Source: Longimicrobiales bacterium (GTDB lineage: Bacteria; Gemmatimonadota; Gemmatimonadetes; Longimicrobiales; Gaopeijiaceae). Taken from it: DNA of 64,000 nt. Shown here piece after piece: positions 53,991-63,107 of the stretch (position 1 is the stretch's first letter; each line of letters begins with the position of its first letter). The position numbers and the translations under genes were made by a program. The DNA lies in contig CAXXKM010000001.1 in assembly GCA_963664435.2 (NCBI GenBank), positions 224,001 to 288,000 on the forward strand. Reading direction: 5' to 3'. The notes under the pieces were generated by a model. It saw only the letters and a program-made list of their open reading frames with translations. It had not been told where the DNA came from and ran no database searches.

Positions 53991-55568
53991 TTAGTTCAAC
54001 TTCTCATCCCAGACCACCCACACCCCCGGCGGGGCGCGGAACTCGTGGCCGTGCGGACGGCTGGGCCGCTCCGGGTCGAGCCGCAGCCCCGGCAGCCGGA
54101 ACACCCGCGCCAGAGCCTCCCGCGCCTCGATGCGAGCCAGCGTGGCTCCGAGACAGAAGTGGCGTCCGGCGCCGAAGGAAAGGTGGTCGCGGGCGTTGGG
54201 CCGGTCCGGGTTGAACCGGTCGGGATCCTCGAAGTGAGCAGGATCGCGGTTGGCCGCGCCCAGCATGCACTGAACGGTCTCGCCGGCGGGAATCCTTACC
54301 CCCCGGATCTCGACCGGCTCCGTGGTGAAGCGCGTGCAGGACTGGACCGCCGCGTCCCACCTGAGCGACTCCTCGAACACATCGTCCAGGCGGTCCGCGT
54401 CCTCCGCCGGCAGCCGCGAGGGCATTCGATGAGACAGTGCGGCCCAGATCGCGCTGGCGATTGCCGACTCGGTGGTCTCGATGCCGCCGAAGAGGACGAT
54501 CAGCAGGTTGGCCACCATCTCCGCCTCGGCAAGCGGCTCGGCGTCGGTGCGGAGTTCCGCAATCGTCGAGCGTTCGGGCACCGGGCGCTGCCCCTGGAGG
54601 AAAGGCGTCACGTACGCGCCGAACTCGCGTGCCGCGATCTTGCCCCTCCCCCGCACCTCCGGATCGCCCGTGAAGTTCTCGAGCGCCGCGGCGAAGTCGT
54701 CGTACCAGGCCAACAGGCGTGGGCCATCCGGTTCCGGGAGCCCCAGCACCCGGCAGATGCTCCGCACCGACAAAGGCCGCGCCAGCCGGGCCCGCAGATC
54801 GGCCGCGCGCCGCGGGCCGCCCTCCAGCTCGTCCATCAAACCGTCCAGCACCGCCCGGACCGCTCCCAGCAGATTGCGCTCCAGGTTGCCGCGCCGGAAG
54901 GGCCCGATGAAGCGACGCTTGTACCGAATCTGCCGCTCGCCGTCGGTGGTGAGCATGTGCGATCCGAAGATGTCGCGGATGGTCGATGCCGGAGCGTCGG
55001 TGGTGAAGCGTTCCCAGTCCGCCAGCACCCCCACGATGTCGTCCCGCCGCGTGAGCATCCACATGCCCAGCGCCGGAACCCACGTCACCGGCTCCGCGGC
55101 CCTCAGCTCGTGGAAGAGCGGGTAGGGATCGCCGGCCAGCGCTTCGACGGTGATCCGGGCTCCGCGCGGGAATCGGCGGGTGCGGCTGGTTCCCCTCCGC
55201 TGCGTGAACGCCTTGCGCACCCGCTCGACCCGCCGCCGGTTCACGCCGAAATCGAAGATGCCGACCCGCGAGGCCGAGCGAACGTGGACGACCCCGTCCT
55301 CGGGCGTATACCGGAACTCGAGGTCGTCGCGAAACCTCATGAGCCGCGTCCGGCAAACCGCATACAGGCGGGTGTCCGTCGCCACCACGATCTCGGTACG
55401 CGGCATGGAGCGGACGATCTTCTCCAGTCCGCGCAGCGCAGCAACCGGATCCTCGTTTACGGAAAAGGGCGCCACCCGGTGGATCCACCATCCGCCGGGC
55501 CGACTGCTCACGTAATTGAGCAGAAACGGATGGAACGACCGTACCGGGGGGCCTGCGTCCGACGACAT
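53991..55568 (-). CDS. DUF1499 domain-cytochrome P450 fusion
   Basis: FRDDLEF...VHVRSASRVGIFDFGVNRRRVE (DUF1499) in frame with DPYP, GGIETT, EESLR and FGAGRHFCLG (P450). Confidence 0.85.
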   Translation of the reverse strand: MSSDAGPPVRSFHPFLLNYVSSRPGGWWIHRVAPFSVNEDPVAALRGLEKIVRSMPRTEIVVATDTRLYAVCRTRLMRFRDDLEFRYTPEDGVVHVRSASRVGIFDFGVNRRRVERVRKAFTQRRGTSRTRRFPRGARITVEALAGDPYPLFHELRAAEPVTWVPALGMWMLTRRDDIVGVLADWERFTTDAPASTIRDIFGSHMLTTDGERQIRYKRRFIGPFRRGNLERNLLGAVRAVLDGLMDELEGGPRRAADLRARLARPLSVRSICRVLGLPEPDGPRLLAWYDDFAAALENFTGDPEVRGRGKIAAREFGAYVTPFLQGQRPVPERSTIAELRTDAEPLAEAEMVANLLIVLFGGIETTESAIASAIWAALSHRMPSRLPAEDADRLDDVFEESLRWDAAVQSCTRFTTEPVEIRGVRIPAGETVQCMLGAANRDPAHFEDPDRFNPDRPNARDHLSFGAGRHFCLGATLARIEAREALARVFRLPGLRLDPERPSRPHGHEFRAPPGVWVVWDEKLN

Positions 55569-55644
55569 CGGGTCGACCTCCCATCCAGCGTACTCGCATG
55601 GGCCAAGGGTCCCGTCCGGGATGAGACTCCTGCATGGCCTTCGA

Positions 55645-56823
55645 CTAACCCACCACCTCCGCCAAAGCCGCCATTGCCTCATCCAGCTGGGTGTCGGTGA
55701 CGTAGGGTGCCGGGCCCAATCGCAGGGTGCTGCCCCGGAAGTCCACGTGGACCCCGCGTACCCGCAGCTTGCTGCATATTTCCGCCGCATGCGGCGACTC
55801 CAGGGCCAGGAATCCACCGCGCCGCGACAGCGGCACGGTCCGGTCGCGCTGCAGCACCGCAGGATCGAGGTCCAGCGCGTCGATTCCCGACGCCAGCCGC
55901 CGAATCCGTCTCAGGCTCATGCCGCGCAACCGGCCGACCCTCAGCCCCTGCTCGCGGAAGAATGCGAAGACCGCCGCGGCGCGGTAGTGACTGACGGGGT
56001 CGTAGGTCGCCCCGGCAAAACGGAGATGTCCTTCGGCGTACGCGACGCCACCGTCGCCGGGCGCATAGGCACGGGTCGCGAACTCGGCGAACCATCCGGT
56101 CAGAACGGGCCGCAGCCGGCAGTCGCGCGGGAACCGGAGGAAGCAGTTCCCTTCCCCCAGCTGGCAATACTTGTATCCACCCCCTGCCACGAACGCGTTT
56201 TCGAGCCCCATCTCCACCACCGAGAAAGGGACCGCGTTGAGGGAGTGGTAGGCGTCGACGAGCAACTCGGCGCCCACCCGCACACAGGCCTCCGCCACCT
56301 CGCGCAGCCCATCCACGATGCGCGCGTCCCGATACAGGACGGATGACACCAGCACCGCCGCAGTCCGGTCGTCCACCGCCCGCGCGAGCCCCTCGGCCAA
56401 AGGCGCATCCGGGCGCGCCGGCACCCTGACGATCTCGAGCCCCTCGGACTCGAGCCGGTCGAGCTGTCGCCGGATGGTGTGGAATTCACCGTCCGTGGTG
56501 ACCAGCCGGGGCCGGTCCCGCAACGGCAGCGCCGACAGGAACCGAGTCACCAGCTCGTGGGTGTTGTGGCCGAGCGCGATGTGGCCGTCGGGGTCGTCCA
56601 GGAGTCGCCGGTAGCCCGCGCGCACCTGGTCGGCCCTCCCAAAGGCCCGCTCCCATTTGTCGTCCACATGCTCGGCGGCGTCGAGCCAGGCCTGCTGCTG
56701 GGCCTCGAAGGCAACGTCCGGCCAGGCCTGGTGCGAATGCCCGGTCAGCAGCACGCGATCCGACACGCGGAAGCGCGAGTAGTGGCTTGCCAGAGTGACG
56801 GATCCGCGCTGATTTCCCACCAT
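55645..56823 (-). CDS. kynU: Kynureninase-like class-V PLP enzyme
   Basis: LTGHSHQAWPD, EFHT, VDAYH, GGGYKYCQLGEG, TGWFA, LRLGPAPY. Confidence 0.75.
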   Translation of the reverse strand: MVGNQRGSVTLASHYSRFRVSDRVLLTGHSHQAWPDVAFEAQQQAWLDAAEHVDDKWERAFGRADQVRAGYRRLLDDPDGHIALGHNTHELVTRFLSALPLRDRPRLVTTDGEFHTIRRQLDRLESEGLEIVRVPARPDAPLAEGLARAVDDRTAAVLVSSVLYRDARIVDGLREVAEACVRVGAELLVDAYHSLNAVPFSVVEMGLENAFVAGGGYKYCQLGEGNCFLRFPRDCRLRPVLTGWFAEFATRAYAPGDGGVAYAEGHLRFAGATYDPVSHYRAAAVFAFFREQGLRVGRLRGMSLRRIRRLASGIDALDLDPAVLQRDRTVPLSRRGGFLALESPHAAEICSKLRVRGVHVDFRGSTLRLGPAPYVTDTQLDEAMAALAEVVG

Positions 56824-56929
56824 GCCACGTTCGAAGCGGTTTCGTGAGCGGCGGGCCATCGAGGAGTTCGCAACCATCACCACCTTCGAGGCTCCGCCGC
56901 GATGTCCGGCGCTCGCCGCAGGATCGCAC

Positions 56930-57073
56930 GTCGCCGGTCACCAACAACATACTGAATGTCGGGCCGACCCCGGAAACGGCGGCAGGACGGCGGAGATGAT
57001 CTCATTCGTCACCTTGGATCGAAGTCAGGCGAAGGTGGCGGCGGGACTGGGTTTCCGACGCCGAACGGTGTAG
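56930..57073 (+). pseudogene. Possible remnant of a PIN-domain (VapC) toxin C-terminus
   Basis: ...ISFVTLDRSQAKVAAGLGF resembles the typical F-x-T-x-D-x-x-Q...A...GF end of VapC proteins; no intact N-terminus. Confidence 0.35.
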
Positions 57074-57116
57074 GCTGACTGCAACCCGCCCGTCCCGCAC
57101 CCGGGGAGGAAGTGAG

Positions 57117-59795
57117 ATGGTTTTTCGCGTTCATCCATGCAGGGCGCTCCTCTACGCGGCCGTTCCGCTCCTTGCGATGTCGATTGCGTCCACTATCGCG
57201 CCCGCGCACGCCCAGCTCCCCCCGCCCGCCGAGCTGACCACCCTCTCCGTACCCCGCTTCGACATCGCCTCCTCCCACATCGAGCTCACCGGCCCGGTGC
57301 GGCCCGGGGAATACCTCGGCGTCGTCGGCCCACGCGCGGCATGGCTGGGGCTCGAGACCGGTGAAGCCGAGCTCTGGGTGCATCCGCTGAAGATCGGAAA
57401 CGGCTTCCGCCTGAGCTTCTCGACCTCCGGCAACGCCGCGCCGGTTCCGGGCAGCGAAGTGGCCCGGACCGTCCACGTGCGGCCCGAACTCACCACCATC
57501 ACCTACAGCCACGCGGCCTTCCAGGTGCGCCAGCACATCCTCGCGCCCGCGGACACGGCTGCACCCGGCCTCCTGGTTCTGCTGGAGGTGGACAGCCCCG
57601 AGAGGCTCGAGGTCGTGGCCGAATTCGAGCCGGTGCTGAACTACATGTGGCCCGGCTCCATCGGGGGGCAGTACGCGTACTGGGATGCCGGGCGGCGCGT
57701 CTTCGTCCTTTCCGAGAGCCTGCAGACCCGCAACGCGGTTGTGGGTTCGCCCTGGGCCACGAACTCGGTCGAGCATCCCGCGCACCAGCTCGGCGAGGCC
57801 CCGCGCACGATGGTGATCCCCGTCGATCCGGAGCGGGCGCGGCGCGAGTTCGTCCCCATCGCGGTGGCGGGCGGGACGGCTCCGCGCGACGCCGTCCTTG
57901 ACGACTACCGGCGGCTGATCGCGGACGCGGAGTCGCTCTATCGCGGCAAGCGGGCGTGGGCGGACGACGCCCTCGCCTCAACGGTGTCCATCGAGACGCC
58001 GGATGCGGAGCTGGACCTCGCCCTCGAGTGGGCCAAGATCAACCTGGAGGAACAGCGGGTGTGCAATCCGGACCTGGGGTGCGGCTTCGTGGCCGGCTGG
58101 GGGCTGTCCGGCAACGGGACACGGCCCGGGTTCGGCTGGTTCTTCGGGGGCGACGCGGCGATCAACACCTTCGCCATGGACGCGCTGGGCCAATGGGACC
58201 TGGTGGCGGAGGAGCTGGCGTTTCTCGCCCGCTACCAGCGCGCCGACGGCAAGATCACCCACGAGATCTCGCAGGCCGCGGCGCACATCGACTGGTTCGA
58301 CACGTACCCCTACGCCTACTACCACGCCGACACCACGCCGTACTGGATGCTCGCGCTCTACGAGTACTGGCGGGCCAGCGGCGACGACGAGCTGGTGCGC
58401 GAGCTGTGGCCGGCCTACCGGCGCGCGTGGACGTGGTGCCTTACCGCCGAGACCGACGGCGACGGCATCATCGAGAACACGGTGGGCGGTCTCGGCGCGG
58501 TCGAGGTGGGGGGGCTGGGGGAGGCGATCCACCAGGACATCTACCTGGCTGCCGTGTGGGTGGCGGCGCTCGACGGGGCGCGCGCGCTGGCTCGACACAT
58601 GGGCGACGACGAGATCGGGGAGGTGGCGGTCCGCCTTGCGACCGACGCCGGGGAGACGCTCAACGGGGCCTACTGGCGCGAAGCGGAGGGCCACCACGCC
58701 TTCGGCATCCTTCGCGGGGGCGGCACCAACGACAACCTCACGGTCTGGCCCGCCACGGCCGCCTCCTTCGGTCTGCTCGACGACGAACGCGCGCGCTCAA
58801 CCCTGACCAGGATGGCCGGCGACCGGATCTCGTCCGACTGGGGCGCGCACATGCTCTCGACGGAGAGCGATCTCTACGACCCCCTGCAGTACAACCAGGG
58901 CACCGTGTGGCCCTTCGTGACCGGGTTCGCGGCGTGGGCGCAGTACCGCTACCGCCGTCCCTGGGCGGGCTTCCATCTCATGGACGCAGTCAAGCAGATG
59001 ACCTTCGACTGGTCCCTGGGACGGCACCCGGAGCTCCTCTCGGGGAGCTTCTATCAGCCCCTCGACCAGACCGTGCCGCACCAGTTCTTCGCGACCTCGA
59101 TGCTGGTGACGCCGCTGCTGCGGGGGGTCTTCGGATGGCGGCCGGATGCGCCCCTCGGGCGGGGTCGGCTCGCGCCCCAGCTGCCGCCCGACTGGCCGGG
59201 GGCCTCGGTGCGCGGCCTGCGCGCGGGGAACACGACCCTCGAGGTCGAGACGCGGCAGCGGTGGTCGGCCGAGGGCGGGGAGCGGCGCACCACGATCCGA
59301 GCCGCCGGGCCGCGCCTCGACCTCGACTTCGTACCCGACGTGCCCGTCGGCGCACGCAACGTGACGGTAGCGGTGGACGGCGCACCCACGCAGCCGTCCG
59401 GAGGAGCGATTCGCGTCCAGGTGGGCGGCGCCGCGGGGGGTCGGGAGGGGGCCGAGCCGGGAGCCCCGGCCGACCGAGGCGCGGTCACCGAGATCCTTGT
59501 GACCTGGGAGGGCGGACTGGCGGTGGCGCCACCCCGCATCGACCTGGAGCCGGGCCAGCGCAGCACAGGCCTCCGGATCCTCGACCTGGTGGCCGACGAC
59601 GACGGTTGGTTGCTGACCCTCGAAGGCACAACGGGACGCGACTACGATGTTGAACTCTTCGGCACGCCGATCGACGCCACCCCGACCGACGCCAACGTGA
59701 GCGTATCCGGCCAATCGGATGGTACGATCCGTGTGAGCTTCTCCGGCGGGGGAGGCCGCGCCGCCGCGGTGGTGAGGCTCACCCCGATCGCATGA
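57117..59795 (+). CDS. Secreted glycoside hydrolase, amylo-alpha-1,6-glucosidase / (alpha/alpha)6 family
   Basis: Signal peptide, RPGFGWFFGGD, QRADGKITHE, HADTTPYW, DGDGIIEN, YNQGTVWPF, PHQ. Confidence 0.82.
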   Translation: MVFRVHPCRALLYAAVPLLAMSIASTIAPAHAQLPPPAELTTLSVPRFDIASSHIELTGPVRPGEYLGVVGPRAAWLGLETGEAELWVHPLKIGNGFRLSFSTSGNAAPVPGSEVARTVHVRPELTTITYSHAAFQVRQHILAPADTAAPGLLVLLEVDSPERLEVVAEFEPVLNYMWPGSIGGQYAYWDAGRRVFVLSESLQTRNAVVGSPWATNSVEHPAHQLGEAPRTMVIPVDPERARREFVPIAVAGGTAPRDAVLDDYRRLIADAESLYRGKRAWADDALASTVSIETPDAELDLALEWAKINLEEQRVCNPDLGCGFVAGWGLSGNGTRPGFGWFFGGDAAINTFAMDALGQWDLVAEELAFLARYQRADGKITHEISQAAAHIDWFDTYPYAYYHADTTPYWMLALYEYWRASGDDELVRELWPAYRRAWTWCLTAETDGDGIIENTVGGLGAVEVGGLGEAIHQDIYLAAVWVAALDGARALARHMGDDEIGEVAVRLATDAGETLNGAYWREAEGHHAFGILRGGGTNDNLTVWPATAASFGLLDDERARSTLTRMAGDRISSDWGAHMLSTESDLYDPLQYNQGTVWPFVTGFAAWAQYRYRRPWAGFHLMDAVKQMTFDWSLGRHPELLSGSFYQPLDQTVPHQFFATSMLVTPLLRGVFGWRPDAPLGRGRLAPQLPPDWPGASVRGLRAGNTTLEVETRQRWSAEGGERRTTIRAAGPRLDLDFVPDVPVGARNVTVAVDGAPTQPSGGAIRVQVGGAAGGREGAEPGAPADRGAVTEILVTWEGGLAVAPPRIDLEPGQRSTGLRILDLVADDDGWLLTLEGTTGRDYDVELFGTPIDATPTDANVSVSGQSDGTIRVSFSGGGGRAAAVVRLTPIA

Positions 59796-59831
59796 GCGTT
59801 CGCTGACGCCGACTCGCGGGAGCGGCGCCGG

Positions 59832-60176
59832 TCATAGATCCAGGACCAGGCGGAGACCCGCCTCTATTCGGCTCATGAGCACTCGTGGAATCTGTCCCGA
59901 GCGCTCGGCGAGATAGTCTTCATCCAGGGTCACGAGTTGAGTCACGTTGGCGACGGAGTCCCTCGGCAAGCCCGTTTCAGTCGCCGACAGGAGCACATTG
60001 CCGGGAGCGTCGAGATAGCGTGTCCTGGACGTCAGGGCCACGCCAATCACCGTTCTGAGCCTGCTTCGGTTGAATGCGTCGGCCTGAACGACCAGGATCG
60101 GGCGGCGGTGGCCGGGTTCGGATCCGCGCGGCTCGTCCAGATCCGCCCACCAGACCTCTCTTCGCGCAACTACCAT
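59832..60176 (-). CDS. mazF: PemK/MazF-family toxin
   Basis: VWWADL.EPRGSEPG.RRPILVVQADAFN, GLPRDSVANVTQLVTLD. Confidence 0.95.
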   Translation of the reverse strand: MVVARREVWWADLDEPRGSEPGHRRPILVVQADAFNRSRLRTVIGVALTSRTRYLDAPGNVLLSATETGLPRDSVANVTQLVTLDEDYLAERSGQIPRVLMSRIEAGLRLVLDL

Positions 60177-60403
60177 TCTTCGCCGATCGAACGGGCCTGG
60201 GCCCGACGAAGGGCCGGATCAATCCCGCTCGGAAGGTCCGCATACACGGCATCGAGCCGCGCGGTGACGTCTGCATCCCGGTGCTTCGCTACGTATTCCG
60301 CAAGAGCAGTCGCGTAAAGTTCGCTTCGGGACACCCGCAAGCGCTTCGCCAGGGCGTCGGCAGATGCGAACAATTCATCCGAGAGCGAAATCGCGGTTTT
60401 CAT
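60170..60403 (-). CDS. Ribbon-helix-helix antitoxin (MazE/CopG-like)
   Basis: MKTAISLSDELF...VSRSELYATAL; overlaps the toxin start. Confidence 0.9.
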   Translation of the reverse strand: MKTAISLSDELFASADALAKRLRVSRSELYATALAEYVAKHRDADVTARLDAVYADLPSGIDPALRRAQARSIGEEW

Positions 60404-60438
60404 ACCATACTACTACCATGGTATAACCATGCCGTCAA
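60404..60438 (-). promoter_or_regulatory. Toxin-antitoxin promoter/operator
   Basis: TTGACG-N17-TAGTAG; inverted repeat CATGGT-ATA-ACCATG (60417-60431); palindrome TACCATGGTA (60414-60423). Confidence 0.7.
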
Positions 60439-60656
60439 CGCCTGTCGTGCCACGCGAACCCGCCGGGCCGGGCAACCCGGCAACTCGACCGGGCCCGAGC
60501 CGTTCAGCAGCTCCAACGCGCCCATCTCCCTGTGCGCCGATCTCCTCTGAATCCGTGCGGAAAAGCCTCCCGTAGCGTATTAGTTACTGGCTAAGGGGGC
60601 GGTGTGTGGCTACGGACACGGAGCAGGCCTCCTACCGACGGTCTCAAGGGCGGCGT

Positions 60657-63107
60657 ATGAAGAGACTCCCCGAGGGTTCGGTTCTCCTCGCAACGTGGTC
60701 GGTGGCCGGCATCGGACTCATGCTGGGCGCCGGTACACCCGATGTCGTTCGAACCGCATCCCTCCGGAATCCTGGTCCGGACCCGGAGGTCCGGCTCGCG
60801 GCGGAGCCCCCGACCGCTCCCTCGCCCGCCCTGCCATCTCCCGCGCTCACGGCCGTAGTCCAGCAGTACTGCGTCGTCTGCCACAACGACGCGCTCCTCA
60901 CCGGCAACCTCTCGCTGCAGCACTTCGCCGTGGATCAGGCCCGGGAGAAGCGCGAGATGTCGGAAAAGATGATCCGCAAGCTGCGCGCGGGGATGATGCC
61001 GCCGCCGGGGATTCCGCGCCCGTCCGCCGATACCCTGCTGTCGCTGGTCGAGACGCTCGAGTCCTCCGTCGACGAGGCCGCCCGAGCGGCTCCCAATCTG
61101 GGCACGCGGCGGTTTCAGCGGCTCAGCCGGCCCGAGTACGAACGCGTCGTCCACGAACTCCTGGGACTCGAGGTGAACGCGGACAACTGGCTCCCGGAGG
61201 ACCTGCTGGTGGGGAGCTTCGACAACATGTCCGCCGCGCAGGGGCTCTCGACCACCCTGCTGGACTCCTACCTCAAGGCGGCCATCGACGTGAGCCGGCT
61301 CGCCATCGGAAACCCGCGGGCCCTGTCCTCCACCACCAAGCACCGCAACCCCATGGAGGTGTCGCAGCATGCCTGGGACCAGGTCGAGGGCGCGCCCTTC
61401 GGCACCAGGGGCGGGATGGTGGTGACGCACGACTTTCCGGCGGACGGCGAGTACGTCTTCCGCGTCGAGACGGAGTTCGGCAGCGGCAACCAGGTCGCCG
61501 CCGAGGACATCGACATCTCCATCGACGGGGATCCGGTCGCGGTCCTCAGGCTCGAATACAACGCCGTGCGCACCGTGCCCGCCATCGAGACCGAACCGAT
61601 CTTCGTGCGCGCCGGACAGCGCAGGGTCTCGGCCGCGTTCGTCAACGTCATCGAGGGACCCTACGAGGACCGCTTCAGCCCCGCCGCCTGGTCGGCGGCG
61701 GGTACCGCGGGAGGCAGCTACGGGGTAACCGGCCTCACGCACCTCAAGGAGCTGCTCATCACCGGGCCGACCCACGTCTCGGGGGTGGCGGAGACCGGGA
61801 GCCGGCAACGGATCTTCACGTGTCGTCCATCTGCGGCCGAGGAAGCCCGCCCGTGCGCGCAGTCGATCCTCTCGCGGCTCGCCGCGCGCGCCCACCGCCG
61901 GCCGCCGTCGGCCGACGACATCGACGACCTGATGAGCTTCTACGATGCGGCCGCAGCCGAAGGAGGCTTCGAGACCGGGGTGCAGATGGGCCTGCAGGCG
62001 ATCCTGGTGTCCCCGGAGTTCGTCTTCCGGCTGGAGCGTGAACCAGCCGACACGCGCCCGGGCGAGGGCTACCCTCTGAGCGACATCGACCTCGCCACGC
62101 GGCTCTCCTTCTTCCTTTGGGCGACGGTGCCCGACGAGGAGCTGCTCCAGGTCGCGGGGAGCGGCCGGCTCTCGGATCCGGAGGTGTTGGAGGCGCAGGT
62201 CGAGCGCATGCTGCGCGACCCGCGCTCGGAGACCCTGGCCACCCGCTTCGCGCACCAGTGGCTGAGGCTGCAGGACGTGGGCAAGGTATGGCCGGAGTCC
62301 TACCTCTACCCCGACTTCTCGCAGCAGCTGGCCGATGCCATGGTGCGGGAAACCGAGCTGCTCTTCGACCACCTGGTGAGGGAGGACAGGAGTCTGCTCG
62401 AACTGCTCGACGCGGACTACACCTTCCTCAACCGGCGGCTCGCGCGGCACTACGGCATAGAAGCCGACTTCCGGGGCGAAGACTTCCGCCTCGTCCGCTA
62501 CCCGGACGACCGCCGCCGGGGCGTCCTCGGCCACGGTAGCGTCCTGCACCTCACCTCCATGTCGGGCCGGACCTCGCCCGTGCTGCGCGGAAAGTGGGTG
62601 ATGGAGGTGCTGATGGGGACGCCGCCGCCACCGCCGCCGCCCAACGTCCCCACCCTTGAAGGCAGCCCGGAGGCCGACGGGGGCCGCATCCTGACCACGC
62701 GCGAGCGCATGGAACTGCACCGCTCCAGCCCGGTGTGCAGCTCCTGCCACAACTTCATCGATCCCATCGGCCTGGCGCTCGACAACTTCGACGTCACCGG
62801 CCGCTGGCGGGTGCGCGAGAACATGGCCCCGCTCGACACCCGCGGCACCTTCTATGACGGCACCGCCCTCAGCTCACCTTCCGAGCTGGCGGCGGTGCTC
62901 CTCAAGCGTCCGATCCCGCTCGCCCGCAACTTCACCGAGCATCTGTTCTCTTACGCGATCGGGCGACCCGCCGACCATCTGGATCAGCCGACCATCCGCG
63001 CCATCACGCGGGCGGCGGCCAACAGCAACTACAGCATATCGTCGATTCTGATGGGAATCGTGAAAAGCGCCCCCTTCCGAATGCGACAAACGCAGGAGGT
63101 TCAATGA
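60657..63107 (+). CDS. DUF1592/DUF1588/DUF1595/DUF1587/DUF1585 multi-domain c-type cytochrome
   Basis: CVVCH, KLRAGMMPP, RLSRPEY, LATRLSFFLW..VPD, RTSPVLRGKWV, CSSCH..IDPIG.ALDNFD. Confidence 0.9.
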   Translation: MKRLPEGSVLLATWSVAGIGLMLGAGTPDVVRTASLRNPGPDPEVRLAAEPPTAPSPALPSPALTAVVQQYCVVCHNDALLTGNLSLQHFAVDQAREKREMSEKMIRKLRAGMMPPPGIPRPSADTLLSLVETLESSVDEAARAAPNLGTRRFQRLSRPEYERVVHELLGLEVNADNWLPEDLLVGSFDNMSAAQGLSTTLLDSYLKAAIDVSRLAIGNPRALSSTTKHRNPMEVSQHAWDQVEGAPFGTRGGMVVTHDFPADGEYVFRVETEFGSGNQVAAEDIDISIDGDPVAVLRLEYNAVRTVPAIETEPIFVRAGQRRVSAAFVNVIEGPYEDRFSPAAWSAAGTAGGSYGVTGLTHLKELLITGPTHVSGVAETGSRQRIFTCRPSAAEEARPCAQSILSRLAARAHRRPPSADDIDDLMSFYDAAAAEGGFETGVQMGLQAILVSPEFVFRLEREPADTRPGEGYPLSDIDLATRLSFFLWATVPDEELLQVAGSGRLSDPEVLEAQVERMLRDPRSETLATRFAHQWLRLQDVGKVWPESYLYPDFSQQLADAMVRETELLFDHLVREDRSLLELLDADYTFLNRRLARHYGIEADFRGEDFRLVRYPDDRRRGVLGHGSVLHLTSMSGRTSPVLRGKWVMEVLMGTPPPPPPPNVPTLEGSPEADGGRILTTRERMELHRSSPVCSSCHNFIDPIGLALDNFDVTGRWRVRENMAPLDTRGTFYDGTALSSPSELAAVLLKRPIPLARNFTEHLFSYAIGRPADHLDQPTIRAITRAAANSNYSISSILMGIVKSAPFRMRQTQEVQ

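Noticed and set aside
60400..60525. 41-aa minus-strand ORF (MGALELLNGSGPVEL...) ending on the antitoxin ATG
   Set aside because: It runs through the toxin-antitoxin promoter/operator and has no recognisable motif; the ATGA overlap can arise by chance.
59796..60600. Mobile element boundaries around the toxin-antitoxin module
   Set aside because: No transposase or integrase, and no terminal repeats or target duplication seen.
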